Shown here: positions 27,282 to 44,963 of the stretch, one piece after another
How the letters are laid out: the number at the start of each line of letters is the position of its first letter
Numbering within the stretch: the stretch's first letter is position 1
From: the human T2T-CHM13v2.0 reference genome, Homo sapiens
Reading direction: 5' to 3' (one strand)
Length of the DNA: 64,000 nucleotides
Assembly (NCBI RefSeq): GCF_009914755.1
Contig: NC_060947.1
Notes under the pieces: model-generated
The model's input: only the letters and a program-made list of their open reading frames with translations
Told to the model about the DNA's origin: nothing
Database searches by the model: none
Position numbers and translations under genes: made by a program

Positions 27282-27777
27282 CCATCCATGCAAAGTTCTT
27301 CCCCAGACTTTCCAGAAACCTGTGGGATCCTAGCGTTTTCCTCATGCCATTCCATCTGCATAGACTGCATCCCCAATAGCCTTTCTCTGCCTCCTACAAC
27401 CCTCAGGTGGTATGTGCATTATGAAGCCTTCCCAGATTTCTCTAAGTAAAGCTAGCCTGTGCCTCTGTGTGTTCCAGTGGTATCTCTATGCCCCTGTATT
27501 AGAGCATTTACCTCAGTGGTAACATTCTGAGTGGTGATACAGTAGTGCCCTCCTTTATCCTTATTCCCTTCCAGGGACATATGTCAGTACTTTAGAGTCA
27601 ATTTTTGATATCATGTCCTCTCCCCATCCCCACCCTAGCCCTCAACACTGTCAGCTCCTTCTCAGCAGGGAGGCTGTCCTTGGTATTGAAGTTCTCAGCA
27701 CAGTGCTTCGCAAATGGTTGGCACTTAGCCAATAAATGCAGAATGAAACAAATACCATTGACATATTCTACACTCAG

Positions 27778-28143
27778 TGATACGATTTGGCTCTGTGTCC
27801 CCACTCAAATCTCATATTGTAGCTCCCATAATTCTCATGTGTTGTGGGAGGGACCCAGTGGGAGATGAGTGAATTATGGGCGGGGGTCTTTCCTGTGCTG
27901 TTCTGGTGATAATGAATGGATCTCACAAGATCTGATGGTTTTAAAAACGGGAGTTTCTTTGCACAAGCTCTCTCTTTGCCTGCTGCCATCGACGTAAGAT
28001 GTGACTTGCTCCTCCTTGCCTTTTGCCATGATTGTGAAGCCTCCCCAGCCATGTAGAACTGTAAGTCCAATAAACCTCTTACTTTTGTAAATTGCCCGGT
28101 CTCAGGTATGTCTTTATCAGCAGTGTGAAAATAGAGTAACACA
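27778..28143 (+). mobile_element. THE1 solo LTR
   Basis: TGATACGATTTGGCTCTGTGTCCCCACTCAAATCTCA start, internal AATAAA, near-TSD CTCAG/GTCAG. Confidence 0.9.
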
Positions 28144-29009
28144 GTCAGCATATCTAAAAATTAACTTAATGACCCAGCAGCTTATCAGGTGCTGCCCCTT
28201 GGCCCCAGAATGTTCTCTTGGATAATATTTTGCCATCTTTAAGCAGGTAAAGAAAGTGCTAACCAAAGTTATTACGTATCTTCTGATAAGCAGGTTTTAC
28301 TCCTTATTCGACCAGTTTTCATGGACAGATTGATTAGCCATTTCCACTTACCCCCTCTGTTTGCTGCATACTTTCAACAGTCTTTGACTCACTAGTCTAC
28401 ATTTCTCATCCTGTTTAGATTAAGCTTTTGGCATTAAATTATTGCTTGGTTTAGTAATAGTATAATAGTCATAAAAATCACTGCTATATTATTAGTTCAT
28501 TTATTGTCATCAAATAAATTAACTAAACAACAACACACTTGGATGTATAATGCTGTGAATGCTAAAAGCCATTGAACTGTGCACCGTTTTGAATAGGTGA
28601 ATTGTATGGTATGTGAATTACGTCTCAATAAGGATGTTAAAAAATAACTCATACTTCCCAGCATCTAAGGATTAGGATCAAAAAATAAAAAAAACTCATA
28701 CTTTCTTGAGCATACTGATTATTGCTCACTTTTCATCATTTTGTGCTTTCCCATCCACTTGCTAAGAAAGTGAGGTTCAGAAAGGAGAAGTGACCTGTTT
28801 GGCATGACAAAGTTTGTTATTGGTAGAATCAGAGCTGGGACCCAAGTCTCTTCATGCCCAGTCTAGAACTCATTTTGTTTTTATAATTTTGTCCCCGTGT
28901 TGGCAGTTGTACAGTGGCATTTGAGGAAGTTTTACTGAGTCCTAACTCAGTATAAGGACACTTCTTCTGACATTGGGTGAACCCTTGGACTACCTAAAAT
29001 GCTACTCTT

Positions 29010-29119
29010 TTTTGATTTTTAATTTTTATGGGTACAGAGTAGGTGTATATATCTATGGGTACATGATGTGTTTTGATACAGGCATGCAATGCGTAATAAT
29101 CATATCATGAAGAATGGGG
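29010..29119 (-). mobile_element. Short L1MA-like 3' end
   Basis: T-rich tail plus L1 3'UTR; TSD TAAAATGCTA(C/T)TCTT at 28995-29009 and 29120-29134. Confidence 0.75.
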
Positions 29120-29216
29120 TAAAATGCTATTCTTATGCTGAAACCTTCTATGGTTATATTGATTGGAATTGCTCTTCCAGGGAAAAGCAGCACCATGATG
29201 TATGTATAATTATAAT

Positions 29217-29257
29217 GATTTCATTCATAAGATACACGATTTCATTCATAAGATACA
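29217..29257. repeat. Perfect tandem duplication of GATTTCATTCATAAGATACA (period 21)
   Basis: Identical 20-mers at 29217-29236 and 29238-29257. Confidence 0.95.
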
Positions 29258-29390
29258 AAGGAAATTGGGTTGTTTTTTTTTTTTTTTTTTGTATTTATAA
29301 GAAACAAGGGAGAAGAGCTACCTGAACCTATTTAGGTTTTGGATTCAGGTGCAGGGGATTTCTGTAACAGCTTAGCATGCTTTTACTCTA

Positions 29391-29537
<147 letters not shown>

Positions 29538-30835
29538 TTAGCCTAGAATAAATCGAACAGTTTAGTAGGCTTTGTATTGTCAAACCAATGTATTTCGGAA
29601 ATAGAGTTGCATTATCCTGATGTTTTTAAAGATATGTCTTTGGGCAGGTAAATGTCCTTGGTAATAAGCTTCTAAGAAATTCAGATCTTAGAATGTTTTT
29701 TTCATTTGGTTTCTTTGTATCTTAAGTACTGTTCATAAATTGCGATAATCTAATTCCATTTTTACCTTGGTTTTACCTATTAAAAAGTTTTAGTGCCTGA
29801 TGGTTTCAAGAAAAGTTTTTAAAAGGATTTATGTTTACTGGAGTGACTGGATAGGAAAAAAAGACAGAAAAATATGTCTGTTGAAGAAAAAGGATTATCA
29901 GGTTCATGTTTTGGTGGAGGTGAGCTTTCTTGAGGGAGGCTGAACAAACATGTTTTTGTGGCAGGCAAGCACTTCTGTTGATGGTGGTATTTGTAAACAA
30001 CTATTGGTCTGAAAAATATGTTTTTGACACGAACAGGAAAAATTGGCAGAGATTTTGTAAAGCTCAAATGCTTTTTTAAAGTAACCAAACAGAAGCTTTA
30101 TCATTAAGCATTACTTCGAAAAGATAAAATCAACGTAGCAAGTTTTAAGAAAACAATGTTTGTTTTAAAGGGAGATTTTGAAAAACATTTTGTTTAAAAG
30201 AATTGCAATCACACAGCTGACTTTGGACAGTCATTTGTAAGGCATCCTATTTACAAAGTATGATTATGAGGTTCTGCCTGATGGGTTAAGTGGCTCCAGG
30301 TCTTCTGTGGTATCACCACGCTACACGCCCCAGCACCTGACGGCTACATCCACCTCCTAAGCAAGCTTCTCTGGCTGTCTCCAGCCAATCAGAAGAAAAG
30401 TTGGACTTTATCTTTCAATGTATCTTGTTCCCAGGAATTTCTTCCTTCCACAAAATAGACACCAAAGCAAAAAGAAAACAAGTGGCCTTCTCTATGCCAA
30501 GAGCAAACAAGGACAGGACCAACTTATTTTTATCATCAGGAATTAATCATGCACACCCTTCTTAGGAAAAGAGACTTTCTCAAATGAAAAATGATCAGCC
30601 TTTTTCAAAATATGAGGACAAATGCTTTCCCCTTCAACTGAAGTTCTCCAAACAACCATCTCACGAGTTGTTGCAGGAACTTCAATTAACAAACTGCTTT
30701 AGCCTGGGAGTGCCTCAGAATGTAACTTCACAAAGCTTGAATATCTACCAGGGTGAAATATCTTGAATGGCTTTTTTTTTTAAATCAACTCCACACTCTT
30801 TATTCTCCAGACCTCTAGCACTGAATGGCATTTTT

Positions 30836-31443
30836 TTTTATTATACTTTAAGTTTTAGGGTACATGTGCACAACGTGCAGGTTAGTTACATATGTATACA
30901 TGTGCCATGTTGGTGTGCTGCACCCAGTAACTCGTCATTTAACATTAGGTATATCTCCAAATGCTATCCCTCCCCCCTCCCCCCACCCCACAACAGGTCC
31001 CAGTGTGTGATGTTCCCCTTCCTGTGTCCATGTGTTCTCATTGTTCAATTCCCACCTATGAGTGAGAACATGCAGTGTTTGGTTTTTTGTCCCTGCGATA
31101 GTTTGCTGAGAATGACGGTTTCCAGCTTCATCCATGTCCCTACAAAGGACATGAACTCATCATTTTTATGGCTGCATAGTATTCCATGGTGTATATGTGC
31201 CACATTTTCTTAATCCAGTCTATCATTGTTGGACATTTGGGTTGGTTTCAAGTCTTTGCTATTGTGAATAGTGCCGCAATAAACATACGTGTGCATATGT
31301 CTTTTACACTGTTGGTGGGACTGTAAACTAGTTCAACCACTGTGGAAGTCAGTGTGGCGATTCCTCAGGGATCTAGAACTAGAAATATCATTTGACCCAG
31401 CAATCCCATTACTGGGTATATACCCAAAGGATTATAAATCATG
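30836..31443 (-). mobile_element. L1PA 3' end with 5' inversion (twin priming)
   Basis: Antisense L1 3' end to ~31302, then a sense ORF2 segment; TSD CTGAATGGCATTTTT at 30821-30835 and 31444-31458. Confidence 0.92.
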
Positions 31444-32898
31444 CTGAATGGCATTTTTAAACAGAAAAACTAATAATTTTTAACAGATGTTAAGTTCTGT
31501 TTTTAGTGAGTATATACTGTATTTTTTGTCTTGATACTTTACTCAATATCCTTGAGCCTGGAGGCTATGCCTATATTTAAACTTGCTAATTGGTATATGA
31601 AAGCAAAAAAAAAAAGCAAAACATATTCCTCATTAATATTGTTTCTCTAATTGTTCTAGTTTATTTGCTGAGAAAGAATTCCAAGAAACATCAAGAGCAT
31701 GTGTTTCACCTGTATCAAGTACAGAAGATCTGCAATGGTGGGGCGAGGAGGGAGGGAGAGAATTTTGCTTTAAAATAGTGAACAAAAATGACAAATTTGA
31801 AAGACACAACAACTTAACCAGGAGGAAGCAAGTCACTCCAAAGCTGAGCAAAGTAAGTGTTAGAGTAATAGGACTAAGTCATGTAGCTGCTCAACTAGAT
31901 TGTGGTATATACTACAGAGACTTGGATTTAAGAGGCTTAACAAGTTAAACATTCTCAGCCTCCTCATTAGACTTTTCTCACGCATTAACTGCTCATTTGT
32001 ACATTGGTCTCCATTGTCTTCAAATGCTTCACAGATAATTGGATTTAATAATCACTTTCAAAAGGTGACATAGTCTATGTCAAAACATTAAAAACTTAGC
32101 AGTCTGATGAATGTCATGAGAACACCAATTCATCATTTTAAATATTGATGAGGGAGGTGATTATGGGTACTTGTTATGAGTACTTTGGGCCCTCTGACTG
32201 TCACCAAATGCCCCCTACCCTGCCCCTATCCCACCTTTAACCACCTTAGAGTTCTACTTGATTCATTTGAAGATCACCGTTTTCTCAGGCTACTTCCAAA
32301 GGTGTCTAGAAAACTCAACTGGCATACAGACAGACAGCCTGTCTTCTTTACATCTCTCATGTTCAAGGGTAAAACAAGGCAGAAAAGAGGGCATGCAGGA
32401 GTGGGGACAGGTAATCTTATTTTTTTACTGTGAGACAGTGGGGGATGGGGTAGGTATAGGTTTATGTACCTGAGTGAGACTCTGTCCTTCTTACAAGATC
32501 ACCAGAGAGGGGAAAAAGCCCTTTTCATCCCCATCCTGGCTACCAGGATCTAGGATCTTCCTATGGGTAGTAGAAGCTCCCCTCTTTTACCCCCCTAACA
32601 GAACTGGAAGCAGAGTGACCCAATGCCCTCTCCCAGGAAGAAACTCTGAATTCAGGGACAATGTAGCATCACCTAAACCACAGCATATTGCAAGTTCCCT
32701 GACCTGCCACCAGCACAGCCAGGGCCCACACTCTCTGGAACCACTTGTAAACTGACCAGTCCTGTGTAGATGCCTCTGCAAATATATTGGGAAAAACATG
32801 AACTTCAGGACCCAACTTGCATTAACCTATCCCTGCTAGTCACTTGGGGACAAAGAAAGGCCTCTCACCCTTAGTATAGGGTTGGGAAGCAGCCTTAC

Positions 32899-32956
32899 CT
32901 CCAGAGCTTCTAGGGAACCCAGAACCTTGGCATAGAGTTCACAAAGTTTCTTCAAC
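32899..32956 (-). CDS. MAOB: MAOB exon 11 (58 nt): (R)LKKLCELYAKVLGSLEALE
   Basis: Long pyrimidine tract with CAG acceptor; GTAAGG donor. Confidence 0.98.
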
Positions 32957-34558
32957 CTGTGAATGAAAAGAGACAAAAGAGAAAATAAAGGAAAGAAGGG
33001 AGGGAAAAAAAAAGTGGGAAAGAGGCATTTATCCCCTCATAAAAAAGATTCCATGAGCCATTGATTCCACTCCAGCATTTCATTTTAATTTTTTAAAACA
33101 AGGCATTTTGTTCCATTTCAGATGTCTTAAATCTTTGAGGTCACAAATATTAATCACACAGGATTGCTGGTAAGTCTTTAAGAAAGTAAAGTGACATGTT
33201 GCCTGAATCATGGTATTATTTTATTATTTTAAATCCAGGAGCCCTTTTGTTTATGAACAAAATGTTTCTGAAACAAATGTTTATGAAAATGCCTAAGTTC
33301 TTCTCCCTCCCTCTCTTCTTTCTCTCTCTTTCTGTCTTTTTCTTTGTTTTTATACAAATGATGTAACTTGCCACAAGCAGAGGAATGGATAGAAAGAGCA
33401 AAGAAATAAGTACAGAAGTAGAACCAAATATATAAGGAAATTTAGAATTCATAAAGGTGGACATTTTGAACCCACAGGGAAAAGACAGTTTTCAATAAAA
33501 TGGCACTGGGACAAATAGCTGCTCGTGAAAGAAATAAAGTAGGATGCTTACGTTATTTTCTTACACCAAAATATGTTTCAGAAGGATCAAAGATTTACAT
33601 ATAATAGGTCAGACCATAAAACGAGTGGAAGAATGGGTGATTTCTAAAAAATTATCTTGGAATGAGAAAGTCTTTTCTATGTATGATAGATACTCAGAAA
33701 CCATGGTTTTAAAATGGATAAATTTGATTACATAAAAAGATAAAATTTTATTATAGTATAAAATGAATAAGCCATAAACAGGATCAAAAGGCAAAGTGGG
33801 AAAAGATTTGTTCCAGACACTGGAAACCCAGCAGTGAGCCAATCAGACAAAACATCCTACCTTCATGATCTTATATTCTAGTGGGGACATTTTTAGGGAA
33901 GAGGCCGAGGCAGACCGCTACGGCCCTGGCTATGTGCAGAGGTAACATTGGTCATTGAGGAGAACCCTGATGGAATCGGAAAGCATGCATCATAATATAA
34001 TTCAGGAGCTCTTTCCTGGTAAATAGGTTATTAGCAGTGGTGTGGGAATAAATAATTGGCACTGGTGAACACTAATTGCAAGAAGAAATTGCCACCTCCA
34101 GAGGAATTAGTCCCACTGTACCTATAATCTGTAATTGTTATGCATCATTCATGTAGTATGTGTACAGCAGACTTCCCCACAACACAGTAATTTTTCTCCC
34201 TGGTTTATCTCCTTCACAAGCAAATTTTCAGCCCCTGGGTTATATCCATTTTCATATTCTCCGTAGCCCCTAGCATGGTGTCTTATGTACAATAAACTCA
34301 ATAAATATTAATTTGAATACTTTGGTTCTTAAGTTATCAGCACTATGTCTTTTACAACAAGACCCTTATAATTAACATAGCAAACACGTAGCACTGGCAA
34401 TACACATATAATTAGGCAGTCCGTAAGTTAAAAAGTTAAGTAAAAATGAAAGGCAGGCAAGTAGGTAGAAAAGAAGGAAAGAAAGAGAAAAGGGAGGGAG
34501 GGATGGAGTGGGGGGGAAAGGAAGGAAGAAACGAAAGAAGCAGCATTTCTTTTGTTAC

Positions 34559-34612
34559 CTTTCCTCTTTGGTAAGACGTGCCAGTTTTCTGGCTTTGTGG
34601 GCCAGGATAAAT
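34559..34612 (-). CDS. MAOB: MAOB exon 10 (54 nt): (G)FILAHKARKLARLTKEE(R)
   Basis: TAG acceptor, GTAACA donor, phase 2-2. Confidence 0.98.
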
Positions 34613-35664
34613 CTAAAGAATATAAACAAGAAAAAGGGGAGAAATTAATGGTTGGTTTCATCCTAGCCTCATTTTCGTAGCTACACATGTGCCCAGTTTA
34701 CACAGTTAAGTCAACCAAAAGAAACAAACTATACACTAGCTTTTCTTACGTTCAAAGTTTTATGATTTACATATCAAATTTCTGACACTGAAGAGCACTT
34801 TCTAACTTCAAGGAATCAAGCGACTAAAAGTAGATGACTGGCCATAATTTTTGCCTTGGATAACACTATGGCTGACCCACTTCCCCTCACCCAGCTGGTG
34901 GTCAATAAGAATAACCCTTGGGCCTCAGATGCCCACTTAAGGCTATGTCTGAGCTCTTCCAATTTCATCCAGTCCTTGCTCTTTGGTTTTGTCTCCACCA
35001 TGGTGTCTCCCTAGCACCCAACCTTCTAGATTCCATCTCCATTTCTAGCCCCATGATTGCTTTCAACTAACAATTAGCTTTGATCTCTCTGTTCTGACTG
35101 TTGGCTCTCTCTGAGATAAACTCATACATGTCCTGAGGCCCATCTTAATTTTGGATACTCCAGGTCACCACCTCTCTGGGCCAGGATATCCTGGTCTTCC
35201 CTTCCCACGTGCTGGTCGTCCCTGGAAAGCTGAAGACTGGGCTGGTCTTGGCTCTTCTCTACTGGGACTCAGAAATCTCAGCATCTCATTTAAGTAACAT
35301 GGATGCCCACACAGCCTCCACAAGAAGTCTCTTAGTAAAACACCCCAAGTCAGGTCTTTTTATCATGCTTTCAACAAAAGATGGGTCACCTAAATATGTC
35401 TACCCCCAACACTAAATACTAATAGAAAACTAACATAAAAATTTTAAAATGTTATTGGTATTCTGCTTCCTACCTAGATATTTATTCATTGGAAGACATT
35501 ATTTAGAAAAGAACCAGTAATAATTTTTGTACCGCTGAATTTGAAAAATAATACCACTGGGTAAAAAAAAAATCACTTAACAAAGTTTGGGGCACATTTG
35601 TTAATAGTATGTGATTATCTTGTCAACACTGAATAGCAGCCACAACACCATAATTGTGCCTTAC

Positions 35665-35761
35665 CCCATTATGGCAGCATAGTTGCCTTCAGGTTTGGTA
35701 TCATCCAACGTGTAGGCAACTGGAGCTTCTTCTCCATCAATAATCATGGTTCCACAGTAAT
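35665..35761 (-). CDS. MAOB: MAOB exon 9 (97 nt): (D)[31 protein letters not shown](G), includes gating Tyr326
   Basis: Translation matches MAO-B; AAG acceptor, GTAAGG donor. Confidence 0.98.
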
Positions 35762-36206
35762 CTTAGAGAACAGCAAAATGGAAGAGCATATTCATCACTC
35801 TATCAAAATATCCATTACAGATATAATGAAGTGCATGTTTTTAAACTTGAGAAGCCCAAAGGCCAAATAAAGCATGTTATACTCCAAACATATGAAGGCA
35901 AACCAAACTGATGTCAAAGGAGGGATAAGTAGCCAGCATTTTTTGAAAAAATCAAACCATAAGCCCTTCTCTGCAAAGAATAAAGCATATGATATTAGGA
36001 ATTCATCCAGGTCACCGTTTAATGAAATCTGGTTCTCCTTGCAGTTAATACTTGGGCTCCCTGTTTTCTCTTTCATAAGAAATCAGAATAAATCCAAAGA
36101 TGTGTAAAGGAAATACCAGTTCATTACTGTAAAAAAGAAGAGACTGAACACTGACACTTTATGAAAAGTCACTTATTCTAAGTAGTTCTTTATTATCTGG
36201 AGGCAG

Positions 36207-37560
<1,354 letters not shown>

Positions 37561-37624
37561 TGAGAAACAATTTCAGCTCATCCTGGATAAGAGTGTCTTC
37601 CTCAGTTCCCTCCTGAACAAAATA

Positions 37625-40336
<2,712 letters not shown>

Positions 40337-42177
40337 TATATGCAATTTCAAAAGACTGTGACAGGGCACTGGTGAAAATATCAGGGCAGAGTCTGAAATG
40401 TTATAACAATATATTACTGCAGTGTCCAACTCCTTCTGCTCCATCATTTACTTGCAAAATTGAGGTTGTTTGAACAAAATTATTGTGGAAGACTCAGCGG
40501 CAAATGTTGTATAGAAAACCCAACAAGAAGATTTCAAAATAAGGAAGAAAGAACAGAGAAAGGACCTCCCCAACATGTGTGCATACGTGTGTGTAAGCAG
40601 ACAAACCAGGAAGCCTTTTAAAGGGAACTTGTCTCTTTCTCGTCTCCTGCACCCCTCCCCACTGTGCACCTGTTAGAATCAATGTCCCAATCTGCCACTG
40701 GCTTGAGGGGTGTTTGAATGTCCTTCAGGCATGCTGGGGCAGGAAAAGATGTTGAGAAAGTCTGAAGTATGTGAAGAAGAAATGTTTAAAGTCTAAGAGC
40801 TCAAGGTTTAAAAATACAAGAGAACCATCTTAGGAATCCCCTAATATAAGAAGGCAAGAGAGAGAGCAGACAAATAGGACAAGATCTGATCAAAGAACGT
40901 GTGCATACTGATCATGTGGGGATCGGTTGGACAGGACCAGCATAGGATGCCAGGCTGGCCAAGGTGGAAGTACTGCTTTCTCGATGTAGGGGCTCCTTGG
41001 ACACTTCCTTCTCAGAGTGAATCTGGCCTCTGAGTCAAGTGAGTGCACTTAATGGAGGTGAAGGAACAAGGAGCAGAGAGAAAAGTCATGTTCATGCCAG
41101 GACAAGCTATGCAGCATGGAAGAGATTTCTGCCACTTGCAGATAGAAAGCTCAAGAGCCCCACCCATGCACACAAAACATCTCATCAGCTTTGTAGGGCT
41201 TTACTCTTAGAAAAAGAGATGATATTCAAGGACATCCAAACACTTAAAGAAGTTCTTAAAGAATAAATGCAAAGACAAAGAAGAAACAAATTCACAACTA
41301 ACAAATGAAACAGAAAAACTATGGGGGGGTGGGTAGGGGGAGGGACCCAATAATTCAGGTAGTAGAAGAAATTTCCCCCAAAGTGCTAACTTTCTCAGAG
41401 AGAAAAGAAGCCATTGTAGCTCTGGGAGGTAACAAAGAGGCATGTTCAGAATAAAATAAGTCAATAGAAGCTTTTGTAATGTAGGGGTGTGGAGGCAGGA
41501 GCTTTGATGAGATGATAATAACATTCATCTGGATGAATAACTGAAGAAGTTTACCAAGGACAAAATTAAAGGAAAAATAATAATAAGGGAATGTCCTACC
41601 TGACATAATATATAACATATTATAAACATATCATAAAGCTACAGATATTAAAACAGTACAATGCTGCCATAGGATTAGATAATATAAACTTGTGCTTTCC
41701 AAAGTGGGGGTGTACACCTAGATTGCACATCTAGATAGTGGAAGAAAATACTAGAGATTCTGGTTTTTCAATTTAAGCTTTTTAAAAAGTCTACTTTTCA
41801 AATGTTTTATAGTTACAACGATATAATTTTTCAGAGGTACTTGTGTACAATTTAGGAATACCTATAGTGATAGTTTATGTGTACATTTTTTAATAAGTAG
41901 AGCTGCAAAAATGTTTAGAACGCAGTGAAAAAGGTCAGTGGAACAGAAAGAATCAATGTGTATCTGAGAATTTAGTAGGGGGAAACCATCATACAACAAA
42001 TCGTTAAAAACTGATTCACTGGGAGAAAATATTTGCAATATAAACAGAAAAAAACTTTAATGAGCAAAGGTAATTTACAAAATGATACTTTGTTAATGAT
42101 AAAAATTACAAATTATAGATAAATGAGGCAATTTCTCCTACCTGATTGACAAAAAAATTTTAAATATTATTAGCTGG

Positions 42178-42611
42178 TGTCTTAGACTGCTGGTGTTGCT
42201 ATAAAGGGATACCTGAGGCTGGGTAATATATGAAGGAAAGAAGATATTTACTTGGCTCATGGTTCTACAGGCTGTACAAGAAACATGGTGCCAGCATCTG
42301 CTTCTCATGAGGGCCTCAGGAAGCTTCCACTCATGGCTGAAGGTGAAGAGGAGCTGGCGTGTGCAGATCACTTGGTGAGACGGGAGGCAAGAGAGAGGGG
42401 AGGGAAGTGCCAGGCTCTTTTTAACAACCAGCTCTCATGGGAACTGACAGAGCAAGAACTCATTTATTACCTCAGGGAGGAGGACGGCACCAAGATGTTC
42501 AGGAGGGATCTGTCCACATGACCCAAACATTTGCTTTTAGGCCCCACCTCCAACACTGGGGATCAAATTTCAACATGAGATTTGGAGAAGACAGATATGG
42601 AACTTATATCA
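42178..42611 (-). mobile_element. MaLR solo LTR (MST-like) within old L1M remnants
   Basis: GCTATAAAGGGATACCTGAGGCTGGGTAAT and CCCCACCTCCAACACTGGGGATCAAATTTCAACATGAGATTTGG hallmarks. Confidence 0.85.
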
Positions 42612-43132
42612 ACTGACAAGGATGTGAGAGGACAGACCCTAACAAAAATTTCACAGGTCTACCCAAATCAATTGACTTGATAATTCCATCCTACAGCATT
42701 TATCAAAAAGAAATGCTCCTATACAAATATGTAGAGCTATATGGAGGATGCTGTTTATTGCAGCATGGTGTATAATAGCAAAAACATGGAAACAAGAAAA
42801 ATGACTATCAACAGCTGATGTCTTGGGTAAATTCTGATAAGGCACACAATGAGATACTGTTTATTCAGTTGTCGAAAGGGGTTAGATTTAAATGTACTGC
42901 TATGGAGAGATGTCCATGGCATATTGTTAACAGGAAAAAGCAAATTTCAGTGTGATATGTATGATGTATGTTTTTTAAAAAACATGTTTTTGGAAAAATA
43001 TATTAACATATTTATTTAAAATTAAAGTTATATTTGTATAAAATATTTATTATATTATTTAACATGTATTTCCAGTATATATAGTTCTCTCTACATATAT
43101 ATAGGGATGCTCACACACATATATTTAAAGTA

Positions 43133-43483
43133 CAGGTTGAGTATCCTTATCCCTTATATGAAATGTTTGAGACAAGAAGTGTTTCAAATTTTGGCTCTTT
43201 TCAGATTTTGGAATTCTTGCATATACATAATGAGATTTGAGTGTGAGACCCAAGCCCAAATACCAGATTCATTTATGTTTCAAATACATCTTATACACAT
43301 AGTCTGAAGGTAATTTTATACATATTTTAATAATTTTGTACATGAAACAAAGTTTTGACTGTGACCCATCACATGAGGTCAGATATGGAATTTTCTACTT
43401 CAGACATCATGTCGATGCTTCAAAAGTTTCAGAATTTGGAGCATTTTGAATTTTGAGTTTTCAGATTAGGGATGTTCAACTTG
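43133..43483. mobile_element. Tigger4/MER46-type non-autonomous DNA element
   Basis: TA-CAGGTTGAGTATCC ... GGATGTTCAACTTG-TA inverted termini. Confidence 0.8.
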
Positions 43484-44802
43484 TATTACCTATGCATACA
43501 GTAAATCTTTAAGGATAAACAATCTAAATTTTTAACAGTGGCCCTCTAGGGGGAGGAACAATAGAAGAGAAACATTTTTCACATACTTTCAGTTTTTGAA
43601 AGTTTTATGGTCATTATATTTATTTCTGTAATTTAGAAAAACAAGTACAGCTTCTGCCATTGAAAACATAAATTGAGATAAATTAGATGTAAATATTCAA
43701 GGGAAAGTAGAAATGGTTCATAGATGAACAAAAGCAAGGAGACCACAAGAATTCAATGCATTGCTAACAGCCTATCCTTTCCACAGAAGTGGGCTAGAAT
43801 GAAGGGCTGATGCATCCCGTGTAGGATGGGGTGCTGACGGTGAGGGCGGCTAGACTTAGAATGCCTCAGTGGAAGGCCAGCAAAATATAGGAAGCCTGTC
43901 CTTGCAAATTCACAAAGATGTTACACACTAAGAGACTGGGAAGCATTTCCTGGGATAATCAATCTAGAAGCAATCAGGTGCTCTTACCACACACAGGAGA
44001 TGACCATGTGAGGAAATGGGTATGTTAATTTGCTTGACCACAAGATCATTTCACTATGTACATGTGTATCAAAACATTATGAGGTACACCTTAAATATCT
44101 ACAATTAAAAATAAAATAAAAGCAGTGTTTAGCATGATGCTGGGATTGGGTGGGGGGTGTGGAGGGGAGAAGCAATCAAGAGTTGGCTACCACTGTCTGT
44201 ATCAAAATACAAAATGTTACCTTCTCTTTAATAACCCAAGCCACACTGAACTTGTGAAACAAAACAAAGCAACATAAAACCAAAACTCTGGTGATTACTG
44301 ACTGTGTGCCTGATATGTGCTAATCACTGTGCTGGATTGTTGGGGCTGCTTAATTCATACCCTTCTATCTTGTTACCTCATATTGACTGAGCTTGTATGT
44401 TACTAGTTAATTACAGTGTCTTTGGCAGTGATGTTGATAGTCTAGTGCAAAGCAAAGATCTTGTTATAAGAGTGAACTTCTTCAGATTTCATTACAGAAA
44501 CTTTCAAATAAGTGTCATTGAATACACTTATCAATGTAACAGGAATCATATTGGATGTGAGTCTGGAGCCCTACTTGGTGTTTCTATAATAGCCTAGAAC
44601 TCAATACATTGTGCAATTACCAGTTTGCATGACTGTCTTCCTCCTGAGCCTGGATTTTCTGGGCAAGGAAAAGTGCCTTTGAATTCTCAGTGCCTAGCAC
44701 TGTGTCTGGCATACAATAGGCGCCCAGTTGAAGAAATACATTAAAGTTGTAACTCAAAAGAAATCTCAAATGCTTTGGTGAGGCTATCTCATGTCAACAA
44801 AC

Positions 44803-44963
44803 TTTTTTTTTTTTGAGATAGAGATGGAGTCTCACTCTGTTGCCCAGGCTGAAGTTCAATTATAGCTCATTCACTGTATCCTCCACCTCCTGGGCTCAAG
44901 CAATCCTCCAGTCTCAGCCTCCCGAGAAGCTGGTACCACAGGTGTGCACCACTATGCCTTGCC
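44803..44963 (-). mobile_element. Single-arm Alu fragment (FRAM/AluJ-like)
   Basis: Poly-T plus diverged antisense right arm. Confidence 0.8.
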
